Positions 11,279-23,346 of a DNA stretch of 61,472 nucleotides are shown in pieces. The position numbers were made by a program, and so were the translations under genes. The notes beneath the pieces were generated by a model, which ran no database searches, was not told where the DNA came from, and saw only the letters and a program-made list of their open reading frames with translations. Each line of letters begins with the position of its first letter. Positions within the stretch are counted from its first letter, which is position 1. Source of the DNA: Hyphochytrium catenoides (lineage: Eukaryota; Protista; Hyphochytriomycota); assembly GCA_900088475.1 (NCBI GenBank), contig FLMG01003939.1, forward strand, positions 1 to 61,472, in the 5' to 3' direction.

Positions 11279-12121
11279 ATGGGCACAAAACTCGCTTGGG
11301 CTGGTCGAACCAGCCCCAGACATTGGGACGACAGGAATGGTATAAATGACTGGTCTTGGCCTCTGGTCCACGTCTCTCCGTCTCTCTCCGAGTCGGATGA
11401 AGATTGCCAACTCAACTTTGACTCTGCTGCTTCGGATGTGGAGCGCTCTGCTGCTTCATATCTCCCGGCCTGCCATAGTGCTACCTCTCTAGACTTCCCA
11501 GACGAAGACCTCGCCTGGCTTCTCGAGACAGAACCCTACAGCGCGCCAATAACTCCCGCTTCAGCCTCATACCTCAGCCCAGACCACTCCATTGCTATCA
11601 TGCCTGTCGATCCCTTTGTCCTGAACGAACCTTCATCGGACCCACTACCTGAACTCTGCCAACAAGATGTTACATCTGCCATATCCAATGCTATATTGGA
11701 CCTTGAAGACTGCACGGTGGATGAGCTTTTTGTCAACCAACCTACGGACTGCGCAAAGAACCAAATTCTTTCAGAAGATGTCTTGGATGCTTTCAATATT
11801 GATAGTGTCGCGAGCTGCTATGAAAGTCTTGCGCACGCTGTCTCTGGCAAAAGGAAGAGACTCTCCCCAGAACTTCGAGTTCCTGAACTACCCAGCGCTC
11901 CTCGTCTCCAAGGAGCAGAAGAAAGTTTCCAAACCCTCTCTCGCGCGGACCGTGTTCTGAGGTTTCTGAAGAAGCGAAGGCTTCAAAAACAACAACCTCC
12001 TCAGAAACGGCGTCCTGTAGATGGAGGAAGCCGGAAACAGATTGCGTGCCAGCGCCCACGCGAGAATGGAAAGTTCAAAAGCTCTCTGAAGTTTGTCTCT
12101 GTGCACCTCATTCAAGACTAA
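11279..12121 (+). CDS. CCT-domain (CONSTANS/CO-like/TOC1) protein, single exon
   Basis: Acidic N-terminal region and C-terminal SRADRVLRFLKKRR...SRKQIACQRPRENGKF, which matches the CCT pattern R..R...KR...RK..A..RPR..G.F. Confidence 0.8.
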   Translation: MGTKLAWAGRTSPRHWDDRNGINDWSWPLVHVSPSLSESDEDCQLNFDSAASDVERSAASYLPACHSATSLDFPDEDLAWLLETEPYSAPITPASASYLSPDHSIAIMPVDPFVLNEPSSDPLPELCQQDVTSAISNAILDLEDCTVDELFVNQPTDCAKNQILSEDVLDAFNIDSVASCYESLAHAVSGKRKRLSPELRVPELPSAPRLQGAEESFQTLSRADRVLRFLKKRRLQKQQPPQKRRPVDGGSRKQIACQRPRENGKFKSSLKFVSVHLIQD

Positions 12122-12606
12122 GGCAAGAGTCTCACACTAGTGATCCCATGGTTCAGTTCATGCTCGACTAAAGGATTCTGACGGCTGAACCCTGAAGGGA
12201 TATATTCCCAACCTTATTATGCTTCTCTTTCTACTTCTCTTCTTCTCTTTGCACTCCTCTTAGTGACCCAGTCACCTATCTGTTGAGTTGTTCAGTTCTG
12301 GTGACTGACTCCATAAATATTCTAGTCATGGCCGCCAAAGATCCAAGAGATCATATCCTCTTGGCGCAACTTTTTTAATTTTTTTAAATCAGCAGATTAT
12401 AATAGACATCATTATTCTTCTGACTCAGCAGTAAGTTCTCTTGACAGTGGACCCTAATATATATCTACCTTCCTTCCTTTGCCAAGGAGTGTGGTCCATA
12501 CGCATTCTCACTTGTAGGATATAGCTCAGTCACACTCACCGGACCATAGCCCCACTGCAGTTCAACCCTGCCATAGATAAATCAAACGCGGTTCGTGCTT
12601 GGCTTG

Positions 12607-12712
12607 CTTTGTACCAAGGCTTGTATGTGCGGGAGCTGGCTGAGAACTATGCAGATTTGCTTTGTAGCAGGTGTGCTATGTGCGGGAGCTGGCTGAGAGC
12701 AATGCAGATTTG
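12607..12712. repeat. Tandem direct repeat, about 53-bp unit x2
   Basis: TATGTGCGGGAGCTGGCTGAGA.C.ATGCAGATTTG at 12624 and 12677, each preceded by GCTTTGTA. Confidence 0.85.
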
Positions 12713-13189
12713 ACCCCGCCGAGAGCAAGCACATATGTGCTGTGAGTCAGTCAAAGGAAAGGGCAGACTTCAGACGGAAGTTCCTCCTGCGCAGTAAAAG
12801 GCCAAGCCTTCATCATAAATAACCCATCGAATTAATGGAGGGTTCTCCTCTTTCTTCCCCTGCTGAGCTGTAGTCAAGCATGGGAAAGGAAGGAGAAGGT
12901 CCAGCTGGGCTTGCCGTCAATGACGGCAACAGATGGTAAGCGTCCCGTCATCTGCAGTGCCATCATCACTCGCTCTCCAGCCAACTTATTTAGATCTTTC
13001 CCTACCTGTCCGTTACAGACAGCCTGCCCCTTGCTCCTTCCTAGCAGCCGTTCTGGATACCATAATGTTGAGTTCTGAATAAGGGTAGTTATAAACTTCG
13101 GATTAGGGATCCCAGCCCAACCGTCATCTATTTGTAGCGTGTCTAGATGTGGGCGTTACAATCCCTTTTGTGCCCGCTGCTTGTCCTGT

Positions 13190-13311
13190 CACCTCTATCT
13201 CTCCTCTGTCTCTCTCTCCATCTCCCTCTCCATCTGTCTTCATCTCTCTCGCTCTCTTTCTCTCTCTCTCTTCTTTCTCTCTCTCTCTTTCTCTCTCTCT
13301 CTTTCTCTCTG

Positions 13312-13359
<48 letters not shown>

Positions 13360-13725
13360 GCTCTCTCTTTCTCTCACTCTTCTCTCACTCTTCTCTCACT
13401 CTTCTACGCTACCAGCCTTTCTGTCACAACTTCTCTCTTCCTCTCCTCTTGCTTACTCACTCGCTTATGATCCGTTGTGCTCTTCTCTCGCTCCCTCTCT
13501 TACTTCTCTCTCGTCTGTTCCTTTTGTCTCCCTCTTCCTCTCTCTGCCCCCTGCTTCCCTCACTTTCCCCCCACACTGCCTCTCTCTGCTTCTGTTACCG
13601 TCTGTCGCCATGGTACACTCTGGGGCTGCATTTCCTGCCTTCCTGCTGTCTCCTCTTCTACACTTTAGTCCCACTCTATCCCCTTTATATCCTTATCTTG
13701 TACAAATCCCACCCTCGACCATCCT

Positions 13726-13762
<37 letters not shown>
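13190..13762. repeat. Long CT-rich tract ending at an assembly gap
   Basis: Near-pure pyrimidine sequence followed by N 13763-13804. Confidence 0.9.
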
Positions 13763-14209
13763 NNNNNNNNNNNNNNNNNNNNNNNNNNNNNNNNNNNNNN
13801 NNNNCGACGCCGTCATACATGCCTTTCGCCGCAGCTCGATGGGGGAACTGGGAGCTATAAAAGATCGGGGAGAGACTGGACACCGAGGCTGCATATCTTT
13901 TTGTCTCTCTCTGTCCTCTCCTCTTTCCCTCTCTCTCGTCTCCTTTTCAGCTCTCTAATGGCTAGCTAGCTCTCTTGATTCTTTCGAGAGCTTCGCTGTA
14001 TTGTGTCAGCTGAACCGTTCTCTTTAGCAGCTTGTTCTTCCAAGAGAGAGACTTTCCTTTAGAAAGAGACTCAGACCTTCAAATGATTAGACAGCGAACA
14101 ATGTAAATAGACCACGGCACCCTCAGTTCTTAGTCTCTTTCTGATTTCTCTTCTTCTCTCTCCTGTTTCTCTCCCTCTATAGATCACCTTTCTATATATA
14201 TCTCTACCC

Positions 14210-16811
14210 ATGTCTGCTCTCTCGCCGCGGGTTGGCCCGCCAGTCTGGCGCCGAGTGTCAGAGAACATCACGTCGGCAAGTCAATCCGCGCCCCGGCCCA
14301 GGCAAGGCCACAGCGCCTCGGTGCTGAACGGACTGGAGACGTTTGGGAGCTTGGATCCCAAGGAGCTATACCTTATCATACTGGGTGAGCGTAGATGGAG
14401 CTCTTTCTTCCTCCTCTTCTCCCTCCTCTTCTCCCTCTTTTGTTTCTTCTTTCCCTCCCTCTTTCTCTCTCCCTCTCTCTCTCTAGATTAGTCTCTGGAT
14501 TCTTGCACTAACTGTCGCGCCACACCTCTTCTTCATCCTTCCATTTCCTTTTCTTCTAGGTCGTTAACAACTTCCTCTGTATTCTCTCTCTCTCTCTCCT
14601 TTTGTTTTTAAGACGCGACTGCTCCCTACAACGCTCAGCGCCTCTTTCCTCTCTTGAGTACCTTCTTTTATTCTTGCACTTGCCGGTTCTCTAAGAAGTT
14701 TAGCACCGCACTAGTGCATTCTTTCCTTCTTCCTCTCATTCTCTATTCCTTTCTTCCTTTTCTCTATTTGTCCTTCTGTCTCTCTTCTCGCCTGTGGGCC
14801 CCTAGGTGGCTATGATGGCAGTCATCTCTTTGATTTCCTGACCGATGTCTGGGTCTTCCGGACCCGCGATTACTCTTGGAGCAGAGTCAGCTGCACTGGG
14901 GACGCCCCCTGTCCTAGATACCGGTGAGGAAAGAGTGTCAGGGTTCTTAAATGAAGGAAGACAGAACGCGACGTCTCTCTCTTCTCCCATCCAGTTCACT
15001 GCCCTCTCTCGCTTATCTTTCTTCTCTCTCGCCCTGATTTACTTCTGGCCTTGGCCATCTCTATGTCCTTACACGTTGGCTGCTTCTTCTCGATGCTGAG
15101 CTTTCATTTCCTCCATCATGATCGGCATCGCTGTCTACTGACTGGGTCTCTCTTACTTGGTTGATCAGACCCACACTCTCTTTTGCCTTTTCTCTCTCTC
15201 CTTTAATTCCTCTGTCTTTGTTAGTCAACGCTCTTTCGCCCCCCTTTCTCTCGCTCGTTCGCCAAGAATGTCGAGCTCTTATATCTCACGTGTCTCCGTT
15301 TATATTGGTCGTCCTCGTCCTCTTCGCCTCTCTGTCCCGTCTCATCGGTCGTGGCCTCTACTCTCCTTGTGTTCCACTCACATACTCTCTCCTCGTGGGC
15401 ACCCGCTCTGTCGCTCTTTCTCTTCTTTCCGGTCTCTCTTTTTGCTCTCTTTTTGTTCTCTCTTTCTCTTCTTCCTTTCTCTCTCTTCTCTCTCTCTCTC
15501 TCTCTCTATCTATCTGTCTCTCTCTCTTCCTCCCTCTCTCTCTCTGTTATCAGTCATGCAGCGGTGGTGCTGGGGTCCATGCTCTACGTCTATGGCGGAT
15601 TCGACGGCACCAACACGTATAATGATCTTCATGCCCTCAACCTCGAGACTCTTCTCTGGTCCTCTCTGCAGTACGCCAACAACCGTAAGAACAGATTATC
15701 TCTCCAGCTCTCCTCCTTCATTTTGCTTTCGAAAAGATCGTTCCGCTTATTCGATCCCCTGTGAGGTCATAGAAGGTTGCCTCTCGGTTGCATGTCGTTC
15801 TTCGCTGTCTTCCTCCTCTCGCCTCTTTCTCTCCCTCCTTCTCTCTCTCTTTTTCTCTCTTGGTACTTTCTCTCTCTTTGTCTCTTCATTGTTTCTCTCT
15901 TTCTCTCTGACCTTCGGTCTCTTGTCCATTCTTAAGGCATGCTCTGTCTCCCCGTATCTGGATAATGGCCCTCTCTCCCTTTCATTTTCTTCGCGATGTT
16001 CTAGAGACAAGCTGACTTTTCCTTCAGGATCTCACATATCACTCCTTTGTCTTTCCTTTTAGCTCCGCCACCGAGGTCATTCAGAGCGTGCACGCACGTT
16101 GGAGGCAATAAGCTCATGATCTTTGGAGGCAGTCAGGTTGCCATGGCTGCCTTTCTTTCGGCCACCTCTCTCTGCCTGTCTCTCTCTTGTCCCACAGCTT
16201 CTTCCTCGCGGACCTGTTACTTCCTCATTGGCTCCATTCTCTTCTTCTTCTATAATAACGAGCCACTTTCTCTTTCTCTCTCTCTCACACACTATCTCTC
16301 TCTTCATCTCATTATCCTCTCTCTCTTCGTCTGTCTCTTGTTTTTCTTATCGCCTGGCAGGTATCTAGGGATCATCAGGCTAGAACTTTCCAGCAGTTCG
16401 TCTTAGATCTGGACTCCTTGCGCTGGTCCACAGTGGCTTATGACGGAGAATCGATATCAGCAAGAAGGTAGCAGAGAGGAGAGAGACACCAGGGAGAGAC
16501 AGAAAGAGAAGAGAGATCACGGGCGACACCTTCGTCTCCAAAACCAAACTCTTTTTTAGTTGCGCCCAGAACCTTCTCCTTCCTCTTGCACTTGCGTCGC
16601 TGCCAGTCTACTTCTCATACTTTCACTGCTTCGTTACTTAGACTATCTCTCGCCATAGTTAGCAGCTGTTTCTTCATGGTCTTGCTAGAGTCATTCTCTC
16701 TTGTTTGCCGTCTCCGAGCCGTGTATGATTAAGCTAGTCTCCCCGTGCAGTTATAACACGATCTCGGTTTCCGAAGATAAGCTTTACCTCTGTAAGTCGC
16801 TAGTGATAGGC

Positions 16812-16851
<40 letters not shown>

Positions 16852-18461
16852 CTCTCTCTCTCTCTCTCTCCTGTTCTTATTTGACTTCTGCTTTCCGTCT
16901 GTCTCACCTGACTCTTTATTTTCTCTCTCACTCTCTAGAGTATACACATGGGCATTCTCCTGCCCAGTTAATGCTGTTCTTTCTAGAGCACTCTTCCTTT
17001 CTCACTGTGACGTTTGGTTTCTGTCCAACGTTCTGTGTGTCTCTCTGCGGTGCTCACTTTTCTTTCCTTTCTCTTTCTCTTTCTCTTTCTCCCCATCAAC
17101 CTCTCCAGACGGTGGGTACAATGGGACGACACGCTTTGGTGACCTGTTCTCCTTTGATATCCAGAAGTGCCGTTGGCAGATTTGTGAGACGCAAGACCAG
17201 CCCAGTGGCAGGTCAGAGCGCTCTATCTCCATCTCTCTCTGTCGTTCTCTCTTCATCTGTCTCTCTCCATTTCCATGTATATCTCTTCTCTCCCTCTCAT
17301 TCTTCGCTCTCTGTCTGAAATGGTGGGGGGTGAATGTACCATATCTCTCCACCTGCCTCTCTCTCAGTTAGTTCGATGCCCGGCCATTGTCAGGTTCTTT
17401 TGACCATCAGCGTGCCGGCTCTATGTCCTTGCTGGGGTCTCCGTATCCTTTTTATCTCTTGGTCACTCTTGGACACCCTCTTTCTCTCTCTAAAACGACT
17501 CTCGCTATGTCCCGTTCTCTCTCCCCCCTGTCCCTTCTTTATCTCTCTTTGCTCTTGTTCTTGTTAACTCACTCCTATGGCGACCTCCCTTAACTCAGGT
17601 ACAAGCACACAGCGAATCTGGTCCAATTGGATATTGCGTCAGACAGCAAAGAGGATGGGAGCTCGAAGGCCGCGGACAGCGTACGGCCCAAGTTTGACTT
17701 CTCACTCCTCATCGTCACGTTCATCTGGATCGACTTTCTCTCTCTCTCTCTCTCTGTCCCCTACATTGCGAGACATCTCCTCCTTGTCCCTATAATCCGT
17801 AGGCTCTGAGAGGAAGTGTTCAAAGTCTCTGGTTTCTCCCTCCCACTGTCGTTCTCTCTCTCCCTCTTCTGACTAGTATCCAATATTCGTCTGTTCCTCT
17901 CCTCAGGCTCAGAGAGAACTCCTCTCGCGGCATGACGACTTGTTTCTCATCATCTTTGGCGGCTATGGTGTCCGGTAAACCTTCCTAGACTTTCAGCACT
18001 TCATTTCCTCCGTTCTGTCCCTTCTCAAGCCAACCTTTCCATTCTCTCTTTTCTTCTCTCTCTGTGTCTGTCTCTTTCTCTTTCTGTCTCTTTTTGTCTG
18101 TCTCTGTCTGTCTCTGGATGTCTCTTTGTGTGTGTGCCTCTTTCTCTCGACATAAGTGCCCTTGCTCTTCACTGGTCTCTCCCATAATCTGATAATGTTG
18201 ATGACCTCGGCTTCTCTCATTCTCTCCGTGTTCCTTTCGTCATGTGAGCAGGTGGCTGAACGAGACCGTGGTTCTGAACCTAAGAACAATGGCTTGGAGT
18301 GTGCCAGAGGCTCAACAGGGAGATGTCCCAGCTCCGAGAGAGGGCCACAGGTAGGGAAGGCGCTCTCGATGGGAGGAAGTAAACAGAGTCAAACTGAGCT
18401 GCGCTCCGGCGGAAGAGTAATAGTGTTATGTGGGAAGAACTCGTGTGGGGAACAGACAAAA

Positions 18462-18507
<46 letters not shown>

Positions 18508-21083
18508 GAGGAGAGAAAGAGAGGAAGAAGAGAAGACAGCGCTCCGACTCATCCATACGAATCTATGTGCCCCGAGCTTTGTCCGTGGTCTCTCTCCCTC
18601 TCTTACTTTCCGCTCCCTCTTCTTTTCCTTCCTCTTTCTCTTTCTTACCCTATCCCTACCCTCTCTTGCTCACTCTCTCTCAATCTCATGGCTGGCTCTC
18701 GCATTGTCTTCTTACAATTATCTCTCTCCCGACAACTCGCTGTAGCGCTTCATTTGTGGGTGACAAACTCTTTGTCTTTGGCGGCTGGTCCTTCCCTTCC
18801 TATTTCAATGACGGTATGCTGGCGGTTTCTCTCTCTTTCCGTTTACCTTCCCGTCGACTCACGAGTGCTTTACATGCTATGCTTGTGGGTGGACGCCTGC
18901 ATGCTCTTTATCTCTCCTTCCCTTCCTTCCTCTCTCTCTCTTTTCTCTCTTTACCTGCTCCGTAGTATTGGTTTCGGTTGAGCAAAGACCCCTCCTGGGC
19001 GATTCTTGGCATGTCTTTCTTTTTCTATTTCCTCCTTTGTCTGCTGTTGCATGTTTGACCTCAAGCCGTACTCGCAACTCAAAGGATGCTTCCGCTCTTG
19101 GGTTTCTTTTCTTCTCTCTTGCTTAATTGCCTATTATTTTTCTCTTCTTCTGACAGTCTGTCCCTTCTCTCTCTGTTTCTCTTCATGTGTGTCTCTCTAT
19201 CGATGGTAGTGTACGAGCTGGACCTCAAGAAGCTGCTCCTCCCGCTGATCCTGGGGCCGAGCGCCAAACCTGACGGATTATCGATCACCTTCTCAAACCC
19301 ATTAAAAGGCCCTCCTCCGTCCCTCTCCGCCCTGAGTGAATATGTCCCCAGCGAGTGTGACTCAGAGACAAACAGCAAGAGCTCTATACGGTCAAACTTC
19401 TCGGTTAGAAACGTCACTCCCTCTCCCTCTCTTCATCCAGAGTCTCTCTCTTTTGCTTGCGTCTCACTGTCGTCTTTCTTACTCCATGACCTCTGGCCTT
19501 GCCTCTCGTTCTTCTCAGGCCATTCTTCCATTCCTCCCTTTTTTTTCAGAGCCCTAACGCTACTGTTGTTCAAGGCTACTCCGTTTCATATCCCTTACTC
19601 CATCCTTTTCCTCTTTCACTCTCTCTCTCTTTTCTCTCTCTCTCTCCCCTCCCTTTTCTCATTCTCTCTCTCTCTCTCTCTCTGTGTCGGTCTCTATTTC
19701 TCTTGCTCGGTCCTCTCCGTGCCCATCTCTTTGTTTCGGCCTCTCACGCTGACTATTTGGCCTTCCAATCATTCCCTTGCCCTTACTTTTTCTCCTTTGT
19801 GTCTCGACACAGAACCAACAACTCTCTCTCCTCCAAGAGCAAGAGAAAGGACCCAGTGTAGGGCCAAGGGGAGATTCAGGGAGAGGGAAAGGGCTTCTCA
19901 AGAGACAGAACAGTGCTCCTAGTCAGAAGCAGATGCTTGATGGAGGCAGAGGAGAAGAGGGACAAATGACAGGAGGGAAGTCCGCCCTCTCTATGTGGCC
20001 CTCTCTTCCTCCTGCAGCCTCTCTCCCTGCTGTCTCTAGTGAGTCCCAGCTGCAAAGGTATAAGGGGAGAAACCCCAGCGCTCCCCTCTCTCTCTTGAAT
20101 AGGAGTGGATCGTCCTCTCCCCAGCACTCAATGCAGTCTTTGAAGAGCTCTGAAGGAGAAGCAAGGTCCTTTCATTCCTCCGAGGACGATCCGTATCTCT
20201 CTTCCTTCACATCCGTATCGTCTCCTAAGGAAACACCTATTCTCTCTGACTCTGACTCGGAGGATGGAGGTAAAGAGAGACGGATAGCTCTCAAGAAAGG
20301 GGGAAGAGAAGGTAGTGGAGAGTTATGCTCCGTCAAGACAGAGAAAGAGAGAGAGAAAGCTGAAGGGGAGCAACAAGCTCTGTCCGAACAGGACTCCACT
20401 CTTCTTCAGCAGCTTGTCATTATGGAAGCCGCCAAGAGAGTAGGCCAGGGCTCTCCTTCCAAAAGCAAAGATGAGGTAGGAGCAAGAGGACACTCTCTCT
20501 TACAGTCCTTCCTGGAGCTCTTTCTCTTTCTCTTCCCTGTCTTGCTCTGCCTCTCTTTCTCGATGGTCTCGTCTGGGGGACGATAAGCTTAGGGGTCGAA
20601 AGTCTGTCTGCTCTGCTTGGGGCCATCTTGTTCTTTGCCAGTTTCTCTCTCTCTCTGTGTCTCTCTCTGTCTCTCTCTCTCTCTTTCTTTCTTTCCTTCT
20701 TTCTCTCTCTCTCTCTTCTCTCTTTCGGTCTTCTATTCCATGCTGCTGGCTCTGTCGTCCTTTGACTCTAAACCTTCACTGGCGCTGCTGTGGTTATCTT
20801 GACCTCCAGGGGCCTAGTGTCATATTGCCTTTCTACTTCTCGTTCTTCTTGCCCTTTATTGCTTTGATCATCTTATTCCCTCTCTTCTCTTTCTTCTCTC
20901 TTCTCTTCTTCCTCCGTCTCTTCCCTCAGAGCAAAGAGGTTCCCAGCACCTTCACTCCAGTCAACGTGAGTGCGCGAGATCAGTATCGGATACTGAAAGA
21001 AGTAGAGAGGAGGATCGCTGCGGCCATGGAACTCCATCAGAGAGAGATCACCATCAGAAGAATGGAGAGAGACAGGTCTCTCT

Positions 21084-21123
<40 letters not shown>

Positions 21124-22764
21124 TTTCCCTTTCCCTTTCTCTGTCCCTAGCTCTTTCCTACCTTTCTCCCTTGTATATCTATATCGACCACTCCTTTCTT
21201 ACGATGTTATCTGTTCTCCGACAATCCTTTCAACGCTGTCTATCAGACGAGAGCAGTCTCTGGCAGAGCTCGAGCGGACAGTAGAGGAGGTGAGACGCCT
21301 TGCAGTGCAGGAGGAAGAGGCGGCTGGAGCAGCTTCTTCAGAGGCAGAAAGACTCGCAGCCATTGTAGAAGAGCTCCGAAGACAGAAAGAGAGACTCGAG
21401 TGGAAGAGAAGGTGAGTGTATGTGTCTCACTATGCATTGCAAGAGACAGATAATGACAAGAGAAGAGAGATAGGAGCAAGAGAGAGAGAGAGAAAGAGGG
21501 AGGGGAGGCTCCCGGAGAAGTGGAGAGAGAGAGAGGAGAGAGAAAGAGACAGTGCGAACAGAGAGAGACAGAGAGGGAAGGATAGAGACGGGGGCGGGGG
21601 AGAACATCTGCAGCTCGTTTATGGAAAACTTTACTAACTGAATCCTTCTCTACCCTTCTCTAACTCTCTCTCTCTTTTTTTATTCCTTTCTCTCTTCTCT
21701 AGAAACTCAGAGAAGGCTAAAGTCAGAGGAGAGCTGGTAGAGCTCTCTCTCCTCCTTACAGCGAGAGACGGACAAGTTCCAACAAAGGGAGGAGGAGGAG
21801 GCGGACAGAGTCCAACCCAGCTCGCAATTGGAGACCTGAATAACGCTATAGAGCAGCTGGCAGACGAGCTCGCGAAGAAAGAGGAAGATTGTAGGGAAGG
21901 AGAGGTAAGTGCAAGAAGAGTTAGAGAATGGGGGGAGCGGAGACGGACAGGAAAAAGATAAAACCAAGAGAGCAGGGAGAAAAAATGAGAGGGTGAGAGA
22001 GATAGGAAGACAGGGGAGAAAGAGAGAGAGAGAGACTATGGCAAACCCATGGCTGACACCTCTCTCGTCTGTCTCTGTCAGATTGTCACCCAGAGATTGG
22101 AGGCAGCTCTGGAGTCCATTCAGACACGAATTCTAGAAAGAGAGCACCTCCAGAGAGAGGCAGAGAGAGAGGCCGCGGAACTCAGTGAGAGCAACACGAA
22201 GCTGTTGGATGAGATTGCCTTCTTGAGACATCAAAAGGATCGAGCGATTGCGGAACGGAAGCTACTAGAAGATGCCATTCTCTCTCTTAGCGCTGAGGTA
22301 AGGAAGCAGACCAGGAAAGAGACAGAGGAAAGAGAGAGAAAAGATTTTGGAAAAGATAAGCCAAGAGGTCACCCAAGGAAGACAGAGGGAAAGAATGAAG
22401 AGAGAGGGAGAGAAAGAGAGAGAGAGAGAGACATCCTTCGCAAATGACTTACATGCATCCCCCATGTTCCTTTCGCGACCTGCTTCGTCCGTTCTGGCGA
22501 CTTTGCAGTTGGATACCTATGAGAGTAATAACCATGAGACCTTGGCAGTGGCGCGGCAGCTGAAAGCTGATTTAAAGGCACTTCAGGTAGATTCTACTCT
22601 CTTGCCTCCCTTCCTTAAGGCAAAACTCTCTCTCTCTCTCTCTGCCTCTCGCTCGCTTGCGCTGTCGTCTTTTCTGGCTTCTCTTCTCACGTCTAACGTC
22701 TCTTACTGGTCTCCCTCTTCTTCCTTTACTCGTTCTTGCGTAGCTGTACAAGGGATTAGCCTAG
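14210..22764 (+). CDS. Kelch-repeat (6-blade beta-propeller) protein with a Ser-rich linker and C-terminal coiled coil, many exons
   Basis: Spliced repeats PRPRQGHSASVL..GGYDG, PCPRYSHAAVV..YGGFDG, PPRSFRACTHV..FGGSQ, SARSYNTISV..GGYNG, GRYKHTANL..FGGYG and PAPREGHSASFV..FGGWS. E/R/L-rich heptad exons follow at 20930-22586. Stop after LYKGLA; the ends are tentative. Confidence 0.85.
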
Positions 22765-23346
22765 ATAGAGGTCGAGGAACCCTAGCCAAGAGCCAAAGGA
22801 CGAGCCTTGGTCTGTTATTCAGTCTCTCTATGAAGTTCGTTCCTTCTTTCTCTTGTCTAAACCTTCAGAAGTCAAATGTCGTCACGACAGTAATGAAGAT
22901 AATATCAGACTTTATTATTGAGCTATGGCCCCATAGAGAGCGCTATCCACCGGCGCTATCGTCAGGCGCATGTGACAAAAGAACGCGCGCTCTTCTCCCA
23001 TTACAAGGCATTGGCTGGGATAAAGGACACACAACGAAGGCCCGCAGGACCTCGTCTTGTTGCCTCTCCTCTTACTGTCTTCCGTGCTCCTTCCTCACTT
23101 AGCTGCTGATGAGAGAAGCAAGAGAAGCAGTAAGCCTTGAGACTCTTTGGCTGGGTCATCTGGTCGCCTCTGCAATGCTCCCCCCACACTTCTGTGTACC
23201 ACTTCTCTTGTCAAGTATTTCTCTCTATCTTATCTTTTCACACAGATCTACCTTTCTTTCTCACTGTGCTTTCCCCCTTGTCCACCTTCTACACTTTATG
23301 GCTTACCATATCGACCCCTAATAGACAATGATCAAGAAATTAGTGT

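Noticed and set aside
12607-12712. CRISPR-like look of a 36-bp repeat with a short spacer
   Set aside because: Only two copies, the spacers are partly similar to each other, the context is eukaryotic and there are no cas genes.
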